Below are positions 47,807-58,121 of a DNA stretch of 64,000 nt, piece after piece (the stretch's first letter is position 1; the number at the start of each line of letters is the position of its first letter). The position numbers and the translations under genes are program-made. Below the pieces are notes generated by a model that was given only the letters and a program-made list of their open reading frames with translations, had not been told where the DNA came from and did not search any database. This DNA comes from Angustibacter luteus (lineage in GTDB: Bacteria > Actinomycetota > Actinomycetes > Actinomycetales > Angustibacteraceae), in NCBI RefSeq assembly GCF_039541115.1, contig NZ_BAABFP010000008.1, positions 124,001 through 188,000 on the forward strand, read 5' to 3'.

Positions 47807-49249
47807 ATGAGCCAGATGACCGAACCGCAGCCGCAGGCATCGCAGTCCACCGCGACGAGCACCCAGGACGCCGAGCCCACCATCGAGTGGTACGGCCCCT
47901 CGACGCCGGCGCACGAGAGCACGACGCCGCTCGCGCTGGGCGAGACGAACCCCTACGGCCAGCAGCCGGCCGGCGCCCCGCCGGTTCCGCCGACCCCGAC
48001 CCACGGCACCGGTGGCCACGGCCGCCCGCGCTGGGTCGACGTCTGCGTCGCCGCCGTGGTAGCCGCCGTCGTCGCCGGTGGGACCACCGCCGGGGTGCTC
48101 GCCGCCACGAACGACGACAGCACCGCGAACGTCTCGAGCAGCGGCAACCACAGCAGCGGCAACGCTGCCGCCGGCACCGGCTCCGGCCCGGTCTCCCAGG
48201 CCAGCGCCGTCGCGCCGGACTGGAACAAGGTGGCCACCGCCGTCGAGCCGAGCGTCGTCGCGATCACCGCGACCACGCAGAGCGGCGGCGCCCAGGGTTC
48301 CGGCGTCATCCTCGACGCCAAGGGCCGCGTGCTCACCAACAACCACGTGGTGGCCGGTGTCGGCAGCGACGCCAAGCTGACCGTGACCACGTCCGGCGGG
48401 CTCACCTACACCGCGACCGTCGTCGGCACCGACCCCTCGACCGACCTCGCCGTCATCCAGATGAAGGGCGCCACCAACCTCACCCCCGCGACCCTGGGCG
48501 ACTCCGACGCCGTCAAGGTCGGCGCCCCCGTGATGGCCGTCGGCAACCCGCTCGGGCTGGCCGGCACGGTCACCACCGGCATCGTCAGCGCGCTGGACCG
48601 CCCGGTCACCACGTCGAACGAGACCGAGGGCGACCAGGGTAGCCAGGACCAGCAGGGCCAGGGCACCATCCCCGGCCTGCCCGGCCAGGGCGAGCAGCAG
48701 CCCACCCAGCCCAGCCAGGGCTCCAGCACCGACAGCACCGTGGTCACCAACGCCATCCAGACCGACGCGGCCGTGAACCCCGGCAACTCGGGCGGCGCGC
48801 TGGTCGACATCAACGGCCGGGTGATCGGCGTCCCGTCGTCCATCGCCTCGCTCGGTGCCAGCGCCGGCAGCCAGGCCGGCAGCATCGGCCTCGGCTTCTC
48901 GATCCCGATCAACGAGGCCAAGTCGATCGCCGACCAGCTGATCGCCGACGGCACCGCGGAGCACCCCTTCCTGGGCGTCAGCCTGAAGGACGGCTCGGTC
49001 AAGCAGGACCAGGCCGAGCGCAACGCCGCGATCGTCGGGGACGTCACCGCGAACAGCCCGGCCTCCGCGGCCGGCCTGAAGAAGGACGACGCGATCATCG
49101 CCGTGGACGGCGAGTCCGTGAACGGCTCGGAGTCGCTGGTCGCTCAGATCCGCGAGCGCTCGGTCGGCAGCAAGGTCGAGCTGACCATCGTGCGGGACGG
49201 CAAGCAGCAGAGCGTCAGCGCGACGCTCACCAAGAAGTCGGCCGGCTGA
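47807..49249 (+). CDS. htrA: HtrA/PepD-like membrane-anchored serine protease with PDZ domain
   Basis: TNNHVV, DLAVI and GNSGGAL catalytic triad. C-terminal PDZ (FLGVSL..SPASAAGL). Confidence 0.92.
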   Translation: MSQMTEPQPQASQSTATSTQDAEPTIEWYGPSTPAHESTTPLALGETNPYGQQPAGAPPVPPTPTHGTGGHGRPRWVDVCVAAVVAAVVAGGTTAGVLAATNDDSTANVSSSGNHSSGNAAAGTGSGPVSQASAVAPDWNKVATAVEPSVVAITATTQSGGAQGSGVILDAKGRVLTNNHVVAGVGSDAKLTVTTSGGLTYTATVVGTDPSTDLAVIQMKGATNLTPATLGDSDAVKVGAPVMAVGNPLGLAGTVTTGIVSALDRPVTTSNETEGDQGSQDQQGQGTIPGLPGQGEQQPTQPSQGSSTDSTVVTNAIQTDAAVNPGNSGGALVDINGRVIGVPSSIASLGASAGSQAGSIGLGFSIPINEAKSIADQLIADGTAEHPFLGVSLKDGSVKQDQAERNAAIVGDVTANSPASAAGLKKDDAIIAVDGESVNGSESLVAQIRERSVGSKVELTIVRDGKQQSVSATLTKKSAG

Positions 49250-50450
49250 GCCGGGGACGGCTGAGCACGGCCAGCACGAACGCAGCACACCCCGCGGCCA
49301 CCGGGACGGCGAAAGCCGCCCGGTGGCCGTGGTCGTCCGCGAGGACGCCGGCCACCGCGGTCCCGGCGGCGTACCCGACGATCACGGCACTGGACAGCAT
49401 CGTCATGACCGTGGCGGCCCGCTCGATCGGAGTGGCCCGCTCGGCGAGCGCGTAGAGCACGATGAGGTACGGGGCCACCGCGCAGCCGAACGCCATGACC
49501 GCCAGGGACACCGTCCACAGCTGGTTGACCAGCAGCAGCGGCAGCGACAGCAGGGCGAGGGCGAGCGCGAAGGCGACCAGCCGGTCCGGCAGGGCGAACC
49601 GCTGCGGGATGCGGGCGCTCGCCAGCCCGGCCAGCGCGCTGCCGAGGCCGAGCAGGCCGTAGACCAACCCGCCGGCGCCCGCATGGCCCAGCGAGGCGGT
49701 CAGGCTGGTGACGCCGACCTGGGTGCCGCCGAAGACCAGACCCAGCAGGGCGCCGCCGACCAGCAGCAGCACCGTGGTCGCCCCGCCCGGCAGCCCGCCA
49801 CGCCGGGCTGCGGTCAGGTGCGGCGTGTGCGAGGGCCGGACGACGCGGGCCGTGGGGTGCAGCGCGAACGCCGTCACCGCCGTCAGTGACAGGACGGCGA
49901 TCACGACCGGCACCGACTGCGGACCGGCGAGGCTGGCCAGCAGCCCGACCAGGGCCGGGCCGGCGACGAAGCTCGCCTCGTCCGTGGCGCCCTCGAGCGC
50001 GAACGCCTGGGTCACCCGCTGGCGTTCCGCCTCGGGCTCGCCGGCGCGCCGGATCAACGCCACCCAGCGCACCCGGGCCAGCGGCCCCACCTGCGGCGCG
50101 AACAGCCCGGCCAGCGCCCCGGCCGCGACCAGCGCCCCGGTGGAGGCGCCGCTGCGGGTGAGGGCGAGGACGCCCAGCATCCCGGCGGCGTACAGCGGGC
50201 CGACCACGAGCAGGACGATGCGCTGGCCGAACCGGTCGGCGGACGCGCCCGCCGCCGGGGCGCCGATCGCCGAGCCGAGGCCGATGGCGGCGGCCGCCAG
50301 GCCGCCGGTCGCGTACGAGTCCGTGCGGTCCGCGACGACCAGCAGCATGCCCAGCTGACCCATGGCCAGCGGCAGCTTCGCGAGGAAGCCGAGCGGCAGG
50401 AAGGTGGGCCCGGCGAGGCCCACGAGGGCACGGGTGGACGAGCGGTTCAC
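49227..50450 (-). CDS. MFS transporter
   Basis: GASADRFGQR and DEASFVAGP, hydrophobic throughout. GTG start at 50450 is inferred. Confidence 0.85.
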   Translation of the reverse strand: MNRSSTRALVGLAGPTFLPLGFLAKLPLAMGQLGMLLVVADRTDSYATGGLAAAAIGLGSAIGAPAAGASADRFGQRIVLLVVGPLYAAGMLGVLALTRSGASTGALVAAGALAGLFAPQVGPLARVRWVALIRRAGEPEAERQRVTQAFALEGATDEASFVAGPALVGLLASLAGPQSVPVVIAVLSLTAVTAFALHPTARVVRPSHTPHLTAARRGGLPGGATTVLLLVGGALLGLVFGGTQVGVTSLTASLGHAGAGGLVYGLLGLGSALAGLASARIPQRFALPDRLVAFALALALLSLPLLLVNQLWTVSLAVMAFGCAVAPYLIVLYALAERATPIERAATVMTMLSSAVIVGYAAGTAVAGVLADDHGHRAAFAVPVAAGCAAFVLAVLSRPRLSRPTSW

Positions 50451-50541
50451 GGGGTCTCCGGGTTGGCCGACGTGGCGCCGTCCCACCCCCGACGCAATAA
50501 CCCTGTGCGCCGGACATGCTACCCGCGTAAGGTCGATCCTC

Positions 50542-52602
50542 GTGCCTGCCGCTGATCCGGATCCCCTCGAAGCGGAGCGCGGCTACCTGGAGCGGGCCCG
50601 ATCGCAGCTCGCCCGGATGCGCGAGCGGACGCTGTCGCTGGAGGCGCAGGGCGGGGACCGGGTGTCCAGCGAGTTCCTGGCCGCCACGCTCTACCACCGG
50701 GCCGCGTCGTTGGCCGACGACCCGACGTCCACGCTGTTCTTCGGCCGGATCGACACCGACGCCGTACCCCCGGACCCCGAGGAGCGCTGGTACATCGGCC
50801 GCCGGCACGTGGCCGACGAGGCCGGCGACCCGGTGGTGATCGACTGGCGGGCGGACGTCTCGCGGGCCTTCTACCGGGCCAGCCGGGCCGAGCCGATGGG
50901 CGTGCGGCTGCGCCGCCGGTTCGGCGTGGACCACGGGCGGATCACGGCGTACGAGGACGAGCACCTCACCGACGCCGGCGAGACGGAGCAGCGCAGCCAG
51001 ATCCTGGCCGGCGAGATCGAGCGGCCGCGCGTCGGGCCGATGCGCGACATCGTCGCCACCATCCAGCCCGAGCAGGACGCGATCGTGCGCGCCGACGTGT
51101 CCACCACGGTCTGCGTGCAAGGAGCGCCGGGCACCGGCAAGACGGCGGTGGGGCTGCACCGGGCGGCCTGGCTGCTGTACGCCTACCGCGAGCGGCTGGC
51201 CCGCAGCGGCGTGCTGGTCGTCGGCCCGAACCGCGCCTTCCTCGAGCACGTCGGGTCGGTGCTCCCGGCGCTCGGCGAGATCGAGGTCGCGCACACCACG
51301 GCCGAGCAGCTGGTCGGCTCCGTGCCGGTGCGGGCGAGCGAGCCGGCCGCCCTGGCCACGTTGAAGGGCGACGCGCGGATGGCGGAGGTGCTGTCCCGCG
51401 CGGTGTGGGCCACGGTGCGCGAGCCGGACGACGCCCTCGTCGTGCCGCGCGGCTCGCGGCGCTGGCGGGTACCGGCGTACGAGGTGCGCGAGATCCTCAC
51501 CGAGCTGCGCACCCGAGGCGTGCGGTACTCGGCCGCCCGGGCCATGCTGTCGCACCGGCTGGCGCACGCCGTGCTGCTGCTGATGGAGGAGGCCGGCGAC
51601 TCACCGGACGACCGGGTGCAGGACGCGGTGGCCCGCTCACGCCCGGTGAAGGCGTACGTGGACGCCGTGTGGCCGGCCGTGGATGCACCCCGGCTGGTGA
51701 TGACCCTGCTGTCCGACCGGGACCTGCTGGCCGCGAGCGCCGACGGCATCCTGTCCGAGGCGGAGCAGGACCTGCTCGCCTGGCCGACGCCGGCCCGCGG
51801 CCCGCGGTCGGCGCCGTGGACGCCGGCCGATGCCGTGCTGGTCGACGAGGTCGAGGACGTGCTGACCCGCACCCCCTCCCTCGGCCACGTGGTGCTGGAC
51901 GAGGCGCAGGACCTGTCCCCCATGCAGCTGCGGGCCGTCGGACGACGGTGCTCCACGGGGTCGATGACCGTGCTCGGCGACATCGCGCAGGGCACGACGC
52001 CCTGGTCGACGCGCTCCTGGGCCGAGTCGTTGCGGCACCTGGGTCAGGACGGCGCGCACGTCGAGGAGCTGGTCCGCGGCTTCCGCGTGCCCTCGGCGGT
52101 CATCGACTTCGCGGCGCAGCTGCTGCCGTTCATGGCGCCCGGCCTGGCGGCGCCCGAGTCGGTCCGCGAGGACCCGGGCGTGCTCGAGCTGCGCGCGGTG
52201 GCCGCGGACGACGTCGTGCCCGCGACCGTCGAGGCGGCCCGGTCGGCGCTGGCGATCGAGGGGTCGGTCGGCGTCATCGTGGCGGACGCGGAGGTCGCCG
52301 CCGTGGCGCGGGCGTTCTCAACCGCGGGCCTCGAGCACCTGCGGCTGGGCCGCGACGACGAGCTGGACGGTGGCACGGCCGACCACGAGGACGGCGCGCA
52401 CCGGCTGCACCTGGTCCCGGCCACGGTCGCCAAGGGCCTGGAGTTCGACCGGGTCGTCGTCGTGGAACCGGCCGCGATCGCCGCCGCCGAGCCGGACGAG
52501 CGGACCGGCCTGCGCCGGCTGTACGTCGTCCTGACCCGTGCGGTGACCGGGCTCACCGTCGTCCACGCCGAGCCCCTGCCCGAAGCCCTCAGCCCCGGGT
52601 GA
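50542..52602 (+). CDS. HelD/HelR-like SF1 helicase-family ATPase
   Basis: FFGRID, YIGRR, VIDWRA, MRDIVATIQPEQD, GAPGTGKT, DEAQD, KGLEFD and LYVVLTRA. Confidence 0.9.
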   Translation: MPAADPDPLEAERGYLERARSQLARMRERTLSLEAQGGDRVSSEFLAATLYHRAASLADDPTSTLFFGRIDTDAVPPDPEERWYIGRRHVADEAGDPVVIDWRADVSRAFYRASRAEPMGVRLRRRFGVDHGRITAYEDEHLTDAGETEQRSQILAGEIERPRVGPMRDIVATIQPEQDAIVRADVSTTVCVQGAPGTGKTAVGLHRAAWLLYAYRERLARSGVLVVGPNRAFLEHVGSVLPALGEIEVAHTTAEQLVGSVPVRASEPAALATLKGDARMAEVLSRAVWATVREPDDALVVPRGSRRWRVPAYEVREILTELRTRGVRYSAARAMLSHRLAHAVLLLMEEAGDSPDDRVQDAVARSRPVKAYVDAVWPAVDAPRLVMTLLSDRDLLAASADGILSEAEQDLLAWPTPARGPRSAPWTPADAVLVDEVEDVLTRTPSLGHVVLDEAQDLSPMQLRAVGRRCSTGSMTVLGDIAQGTTPWSTRSWAESLRHLGQDGAHVEELVRGFRVPSAVIDFAAQLLPFMAPGLAAPESVREDPGVLELRAVAADDVVPATVEAARSALAIEGSVGVIVADAEVAAVARAFSTAGLEHLRLGRDDELDGGTADHEDGAHRLHLVPATVAKGLEFDRVVVVEPAAIAAAEPDERTGLRRLYVVLTRAVTGLTVVHAEPLPEALSPG

Positions 52603-53332
52603 CCGCCCAGACGATGATGGCGACCACCACGAGGCCACCGACCCAGGGCCCGTAGCGCTTGAGCAGGACCGGGCCGACGACGCTGCCCAGGTTGACCTCG
52701 GCCGGCTCCGCGGGTGGCCCCGGCGGGATCGCCACCGGCGGCGGGACGGCGGCCTCCACCGGCGGCGCGGAGGCCACCGGCTCGCCCGTAGCGTCCGAAG
52801 GCATCTCACCTGTGGGTGCGATCGGTTCGGACCCGGTGGGTTCGGACGCCGTAGGTTCGGACGCTGTGGGTACGTCGGCGGCGGCGGCGGGCTCGGCGAG
52901 GCGGGTGGACAGGCACAGCGCGAACTGGTCGAGCAGCTTGCCACCGACGTCCTGGATGACGCCGCGGCCGAACTGGGCCGGGCGCCCGGTGATCTTCAGC
53001 TCGGTGTCGACGACGACCTTGGTGCCGGCGGCGTCGGGCTCCAGGTGCGCCCTGATGGTCGCGCCCGCCGTCCCGTTGCCGCGCTTGTCCTTGCCCTGCG
53101 CCTCGATGACGGCGCTGTACGTCGCGTCGTCCCGGGAGACCCAGGTGCCCTTGCCGGCGTACTGCAGGGCGATCGGGCCGAGCTTGACCTTGGCCGTGCC
53201 CTCGAAGTCGTCACCGTCCACCGAGGTGATCACGGCGCCGGGCAGGCAGGGCGCGATCCGCTCGATGTCGGTGAACGCCGCCCACGCCTCGTCGATCCCG
53301 ATGGGCACGGTGAACGTGTGCTGCAGCTCCAT
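52589..53332 (-). CDS. coxG: CoxG (SRPBCC) carbon monoxide dehydrogenase accessory protein
   Basis: IAPCLPGA, VKLGPI, GRPAQFGRGVI, and a C-terminal TM. Confidence 0.85.
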   Translation of the reverse strand: MELQHTFTVPIGIDEAWAAFTDIERIAPCLPGAVITSVDGDDFEGTAKVKLGPIALQYAGKGTWVSRDDATYSAVIEAQGKDKRGNGTAGATIRAHLEPDAAGTKVVVDTELKITGRPAQFGRGVIQDVGGKLLDQFALCLSTRLAEPAAAADVPTASEPTASEPTGSEPIAPTGEMPSDATGEPVASAPPVEAAVPPPVAIPPGPPAEPAEVNLGSVVGPVLLKRYGPWVGGLVVVAIIVWAVTRG

Positions 53333-53341
53333 CCGAGAGCC

Positions 53342-54208
53342 TCAGGCCCCGGCGGCGCTGAGCACGGCGCGGCCGGTCAGCACCCCCGCGAGGTGACGTC
53401 GGTAGTCGGCGTCGGCGTTCGCGTCCGTGGGCGGGGTGGTCCCGTCACCGGCCGCCGCGCACGCCACCCGCACCGCGTCGGACGTCGCCCGCTGGCCGAC
53501 CAGCGCGGCCTCGACCCCGGTGGCCCGCACCGGCACCGAGCCCATGTTGGTCAGCCCGACGCGGGCCTCGGCGATCGTGCCGCCCTCGACCTTCAGCGCC
53601 ACGGCCGCCCCGACCATCGCCCAGGCGTGCGAGATCCGGTTGAACTTCTCGTAGCAGGCACCCCAGCCGGTGTACTTCGGCACCCGGACCTGGACGAGCA
53701 GCTCGCCCTCGCCGACGGCGGTGGTGAACAGGTCCTGGAAGAAGTCGGCCGCGGCCACGGTGCGCCGCTCGCCGCCGGCCCCGGCGATGACCATCTCCGC
53801 GCCCAGCGCGAGCGTCGGGGCCGGCAGGTCACCAGCCGGGTCGGCGTGCACCAGCGCGCCGCCGAAGGTGCCGCGGTGCCGCACCTGCGGGTCGGCCACC
53901 GTCTCGGTGGCCAGGGCGAGCAGCAGCGCGTGCTGGCGGACCAGCTCGTGCCGCAGCACCGTGTCGTGGGTCGCCATGGCGCCGATGACGAGGGCGTCGC
54001 CGTCGTCGCGGACGTCGGCCAGGTCGCCGATCCGGCCGAGGTCGACGATGACCTCGGGCGCCGCGAGCCGCAGCCGCAGCACCGGTATCAGGCTCTGCCC
54101 ACCGCCCATGACCTTGACGTCCTTGCCGTCGGCCGCGGCGGCAGCGAGCAGCTGCAGCGCCTCGTCCACGGAGGTCGGCGCGTGGTAGTCGAACGCCGCG
54201 GGGATCAT
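53342..54208 (-). CDS. coxM: Xanthine dehydrogenase/CODH-family FAD-binding medium subunit
   Basis: [18 protein letters not shown] and VRHRGTFGG..HADPAGD. Confidence 0.9.
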   Translation of the reverse strand: MIPAAFDYHAPTSVDEALQLLAAAAADGKDVKVMGGGQSLIPVLRLRLAAPEVIVDLGRIGDLADVRDDGDALVIGAMATHDTVLRHELVRQHALLLALATETVADPQVRHRGTFGGALVHADPAGDLPAPTLALGAEMVIAGAGGERRTVAAADFFQDLFTTAVGEGELLVQVRVPKYTGWGACYEKFNRISHAWAMVGAAVALKVEGGTIAEARVGLTNMGSVPVRATGVEAALVGQRATSDAVRVACAAAGDGTTPPTDANADADYRRHLAGVLTGRAVLSAAGA

Positions 54209-56706
54209 GCCGGGCTCCCTTCGTCGGAGCCCTCGGCTCGGGTGGGCGACGGTTCGACCCCGCCGGACTGCGCGGGCTCCTCCCAGTGCGGCACGGCCGC
54301 AGCGGCCTCGCCGGCGGCACCGGCGGCACCGTCCCGCAGCGCCCGCCAGACACGCTGCGGGGACAGCGGCATCTCGATGTCGGACACCCCGAGGTGCCGG
54401 ACGGCGTCCAGCACCGCGTTGACCACGGCCGGCGTCGAGGCGATGGTGCCGGCCTCGCCGACCCCCTTGACGCCCAACGGGTTCGTGGTGGACGGCGTCG
54501 TCGTCCGGTCCGTGGTGAAGTGCGGCAGGTCGACCGCGGTGGGCAGCAGGTAGTCCACGAACGTCGCCGTGGTCAGCGTGCCCTGGTCGTCGTGCACGGC
54601 CTCCTCGTAGAGCGCCTGCGCGATGCCCTGGGCGAGCCCGCCGTGCACCTGGCCCTCGACGATCAGCGGGTTGATCACCTCGCCGATGTCGTCCACGCAC
54701 ACGTACGAGCGCAGCTTCACCGCACCGGTCTCGGTGTCCACCTCGGCGGCGCACAGGTGCGTGCCGTGCGGGTAGGAGAAGTTCTCCGGGTCGAAGGTCG
54801 CGTCGGAGTCCAGGGTCGGCTCCACGCCGTCCGGCAGGTTGTGGCCCTGGAAGACGGCGAACGCGAGCTCGCCCATCGAGACGCCCTGGTCGGTGCCGCG
54901 CACGCTGAACCTGCCGCCGGTGAACTCCAGGTCGTCCTCACTGGCCTCGAGCAGGTGCGCCGCGATGGGCCGCGCCTTCTCGATCACCTTGTCGGCGGCG
55001 TTCACGATGGCGATGCCGCCGACCACCAGCGAGCGCGAGCCGTAGGTGTCCAGGCCCTTGTGCGAGATCTGGGTGTCGCCGTGCAGCACCTCGACGTCCT
55101 CGAAGGCGACGCCGAGCCGGTCGGCGACGATCTGGCTGAAGGCCGTCTCGTGGCCCTGCCCGTGCGCGCTGGCGCCGGTCAGCACCTCGACCTTGCCCGT
55201 GGGCAGCATTCGGATGGACGCCGACTCCCAGCCGCCGCCGACGTAGCTGAGCGCACCCAGCACCCGGGACGGCGCGAGCCCGCACATCTCGGTGAAGGTG
55301 GAGATCCCCAGCCCGAGCTGGACGGCGTCCCCGCTGTCCCGGCGCTGCTGCTGCTCGGCACGCAGCGCGTCGTAGCCGAACAGCTCCTTGGCCTTCTCGG
55401 TGGCCGCCTCGTAGTTGCCGGAGTCGTACTCCAGCCCGGCGACCGTGGTGAACGGGAACTCCTCGTGCTTGATCCAGTTCTGCTCGCGCACCTCGAGCGG
55501 GTCGCGGCCCAGCTCGGCGGCGAGCTCGTCCATCATCCGCTCGATGCCGAAGGTGGCCTCGGGCCGGCCGGCGCCGCGGTAGGCGTCCGTCCAGGTCTTG
55601 TTGGTGAACACGTTCGTGCAGGTGAACCGGTACGCCGGGAACTTGTAGATGGCGGTGAACATGAAGGCGCCCAGGATCGGCACGCCCGAGGTGACCAGGC
55701 CCAGGTAGGCGCCCATGTCGGCCAGCAGGTCGACCTTGAAGCCGGTGACCGTGCCGTCCTTGGTGGCGGACAGCGTGAGCCGCTGGATCTGGTCGCGCCC
55801 GTGGTGCGCGGTCAGGATCGACTCGGTGCGGGTCTCGGTGCTCTTGCACGGCTTGCCGAGCCGGCGGGCGACCAGGAAGGTGATCAGCTCCTCCGGCGTG
55901 AACTGGAGCTTGCCACCGAACCCGCCGCCGACGTCCGGCGCGATGACCCGGATCTTGGACTCCGGGACGCCGGTGCCGAGCGCCAGGAAGATCCGAACGA
56001 AGTGCGGCACCTGGGTCGCGCTCCACACGGTGATCTGCTCACCGGTCGGGTCGACGACGACCGAGCGCGGCTCCATGAACGCCGGCACGAGCCGCTGCTG
56101 GCGGAACTGGCGCTCGATCACCACGCCGTTGAGCCGCGCGTCGGAGATGGCGGCGTCGACGTCGGTGCCCGTGCCGGCCTCGGCCGAGTCGAAGACCCAG
56201 ACGGCGCTGACGTTGCTGTCCAGCGAGGGGTGGGCCAGGGCGGCGCCGTCCTCGACGGCGGCCGCCATGTCCAGCACGACGGGCAGCTCGTCGTAGTCGA
56301 CGTCCACCAGCTCGGCGGCGTCCCGGGCCTCGCGCAGCGTCCGCGCCGCCACGACCGCGACGGCCTCGCCGGCGAACGCGACGTGGTCGACGGCGAGCGC
56401 CGGGTGCCGCGGGGCCTTCATGTCCGGGGTGATCGGCCACGCGTTGGGCAGGCCGCCCTGCTCGGCGTCCAGGTCGGCGCCGGTGTAGACGGCCACGACG
56501 CCGGACGACGCCAGCGCCGCACTCGTGTCGATCGAGGTGATCGTGGCGTGCGCGAAGGGGCTGCGCACGTAGGCCAGGTGCAGCATGCCGGGCAGCGTGA
56601 TGTTGTCCGTCCAGCGGGTGCGGCCGGTGATCAGCCGCTGGTCCTCCTTGCGGCGGCGGGCCCGGCCGACCTCCGCGGTGGCGGTCGGGTCGTCGACGGC
56701 GGTCAC
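54205..56706 (-). CDS. coxL: Molybdopterin large subunit, form II CoxL-like
   Basis: [40 protein letters not shown] and KGVGEAG. Confidence 0.9.
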   Translation of the reverse strand: MTAVDDPTATAEVGRARRRKEDQRLITGRTRWTDNITLPGMLHLAYVRSPFAHATITSIDTSAALASSGVVAVYTGADLDAEQGGLPNAWPITPDMKAPRHPALAVDHVAFAGEAVAVVAARTLREARDAAELVDVDYDELPVVLDMAAAVEDGAALAHPSLDSNVSAVWVFDSAEAGTGTDVDAAISDARLNGVVIERQFRQQRLVPAFMEPRSVVVDPTGEQITVWSATQVPHFVRIFLALGTGVPESKIRVIAPDVGGGFGGKLQFTPEELITFLVARRLGKPCKSTETRTESILTAHHGRDQIQRLTLSATKDGTVTGFKVDLLADMGAYLGLVTSGVPILGAFMFTAIYKFPAYRFTCTNVFTNKTWTDAYRGAGRPEATFGIERMMDELAAELGRDPLEVREQNWIKHEEFPFTTVAGLEYDSGNYEAATEKAKELFGYDALRAEQQQRRDSGDAVQLGLGISTFTEMCGLAPSRVLGALSYVGGGWESASIRMLPTGKVEVLTGASAHGQGHETAFSQIVADRLGVAFEDVEVLHGDTQISHKGLDTYGSRSLVVGGIAIVNAADKVIEKARPIAAHLLEASEDDLEFTGGRFSVRGTDQGVSMGELAFAVFQGHNLPDGVEPTLDSDATFDPENFSYPHGTHLCAAEVDTETGAVKLRSYVCVDDIGEVINPLIVEGQVHGGLAQGIAQALYEEAVHDDQGTLTTATFVDYLLPTAVDLPHFTTDRTTTPSTTNPLGVKGVGEAGTIASTPAVVNAVLDAVRHLGVSDIEMPLSPQRVWRALRDGAAGAAGEAAAAVPHWEEPAQSGGVEPSPTRAEGSDEGSPA

Positions 56707-57170
56707 CGCGCACCGGCCTTCGACGCGGCCTGCACCGCGGCCACGATGTTCTGGTAGCCGGTGCACCGGCACAGGTTGCCCTCGAGCCCCTCGCGGACCT
56801 CGTCCTCCGACGGGTCCGGGTTGTCGTTGAGCAGCGCGCAGGCCGACATGATCATGCCGGGGGTGCAGTAGCCGCACTGCAGGGCGTGGTGCTCGTGGAA
56901 GGCGGCCTGCATCGGGTGCAGCTCACCGTCGGTGGCCAGCCCCTCGATGGTGGTGACCTCGTGCCCGTCGGCCTGGACGGCGAGCACCGTGCAGGACTTC
57001 ACGCTCACCCCGTCCAGGTGCACGGTGCAGGCGCCGCAGTTGCTGGTGTCGCACCCGATCACGGTGCCGGTCTTGCCGAGGTTCTCGCGCAGGTGCTGCA
57101 CGAGGAGCAGTCGGGGCTCGACGTCGTCGCTGTACTGGACTCCGTCGACGGTGACGGTGACACGGGTCAT
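56703..57170 (-). CDS. coxS: [2Fe-2S] small subunit
   Basis: [19 protein letters not shown] and NLCRCTGY. Confidence 0.92.
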   Translation of the reverse strand: MTRVTVTVDGVQYSDDVEPRLLLVQHLRENLGKTGTVIGCDTSNCGACTVHLDGVSVKSCTVLAVQADGHEVTTIEGLATDGELHPMQAAFHEHHALQCGYCTPGMIMSACALLNDNPDPSEDEVREGLEGNLCRCTGYQNIVAAVQAASKAGAR

Positions 57171-57293
57171 GCGGCCTCCACGGATGCGGTGCGCGAAGGT
57201 CCACCCGAGAGGTGCGCGAGCAGAACACGACGCTGTGGCTCGATGGCCTCATCCAATGCCGTTGAGAGCGCAAGCACAAGGGGAACGGCGCGT

Positions 57294-58082
57294 TTAGGCC
57301 GCAGATCGCAGTGGCAGCAGGCTCTGCATCGCCCGGACCTGCTCCGCGTCCTTCGGGTCCACGACGACGTGGTCGACCCCGTCCAGCAGGTGCTGCTGGC
57401 AGGTGGCCAGCGGCGCGGCCCCGGCGCGCGGCCAGACCGGCAGCGGGTCCGTGCCCAGGGCGCGCAGCCCCGTCCGGTGCGCCGCGAGCACCAGGTCGTT
57501 CGGTCCGCCCCGGCCCGCGCACGCCCAGCAGGGCAGCTGGACGACGGCGAGCCGGTGGTCCCCGCGCACCGCCCGGGCCAGTTCCACCCAGCGCTGCAGC
57601 AGCCGCGCGCCGGCCGCCTGGGACGTGCCGATCCGCACGCCGTAGCAGCCGAGCTCACCGCGGTCGCCCAGCAGCTCGCAGGTGGCGAAGGCAGCCGTCA
57701 GGGCCTGCTCGACGGCGGCCTGGTCGACCGCCGCCTGCTCGGGGTCCGGCGCCGCGTCCGCCATCAGCAGCCTGGTCGGGTCGAGCACCAGGACGTCGAG
57801 CCGGTCCCGCCGCAGCCGGGACGCCGCGACCCGGACCCGCCGCACCACCGCGTGCGGGTCCAGCTCGCCGGTGCTCGCCACGACGGCCACGTCGTCGAGT
57901 CGGCGGGACAGCACCCGCCCGACTGCGGTCTCGGCCTGCTCGGGAGCGGGCCCCGCGACGTCCACGAGGGAGCACCCGCGGTCCAGCGCGATGGCCAGGG
58001 TGCGCTCCTCGTCGTCGGCCCCCGTCCAGCGACGGGTGCCGAACCCGATGGCCGATGCCTGCGCGAGCTCGAGCACGATCAC
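57294..58082 (-). CDS. Degenerate aldo/keto reductase-like protein
   Basis: AKR-like order of motifs (SAIGFGT..W, ALDRGCSLVDVA, ETAVGRVL, SRLRRDRLDVLVL, GELGCYGV), but the catalytic Tyr and His positions are not evident. Confidence 0.5.
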   Translation of the reverse strand: MIVLELAQASAIGFGTRRWTGADDEERTLAIALDRGCSLVDVAGPAPEQAETAVGRVLSRRLDDVAVVASTGELDPHAVVRRVRVAASRLRRDRLDVLVLDPTRLLMADAAPDPEQAAVDQAAVEQALTAAFATCELLGDRGELGCYGVRIGTSQAAGARLLQRWVELARAVRGDHRLAVVQLPCWACAGRGGPNDLVLAAHRTGLRALGTDPLPVWPRAGAAPLATCQQHLLDGVDHVVVDPKDAEQVRAMQSLLPLRSAA

Positions 58083-58121
58083 TCCCCTGCCACGTGGTGG
58101 CCGCCGGACGCGGCCACTCGG

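Noticed and set aside
50451..50541. Rifamycin-associated element upstream of the HelD/HelR-like gene
   Set aside because: No ~19-bp inverted repeat is visible, so rifamycin-inducible helR is not supported.
57261..57280. HspR HAIR-like inverted repeat GTTGAGA..GCACAAG upstream of coxS
   Set aside because: The spacer is 6 rather than 7 nt and there are several mismatches.
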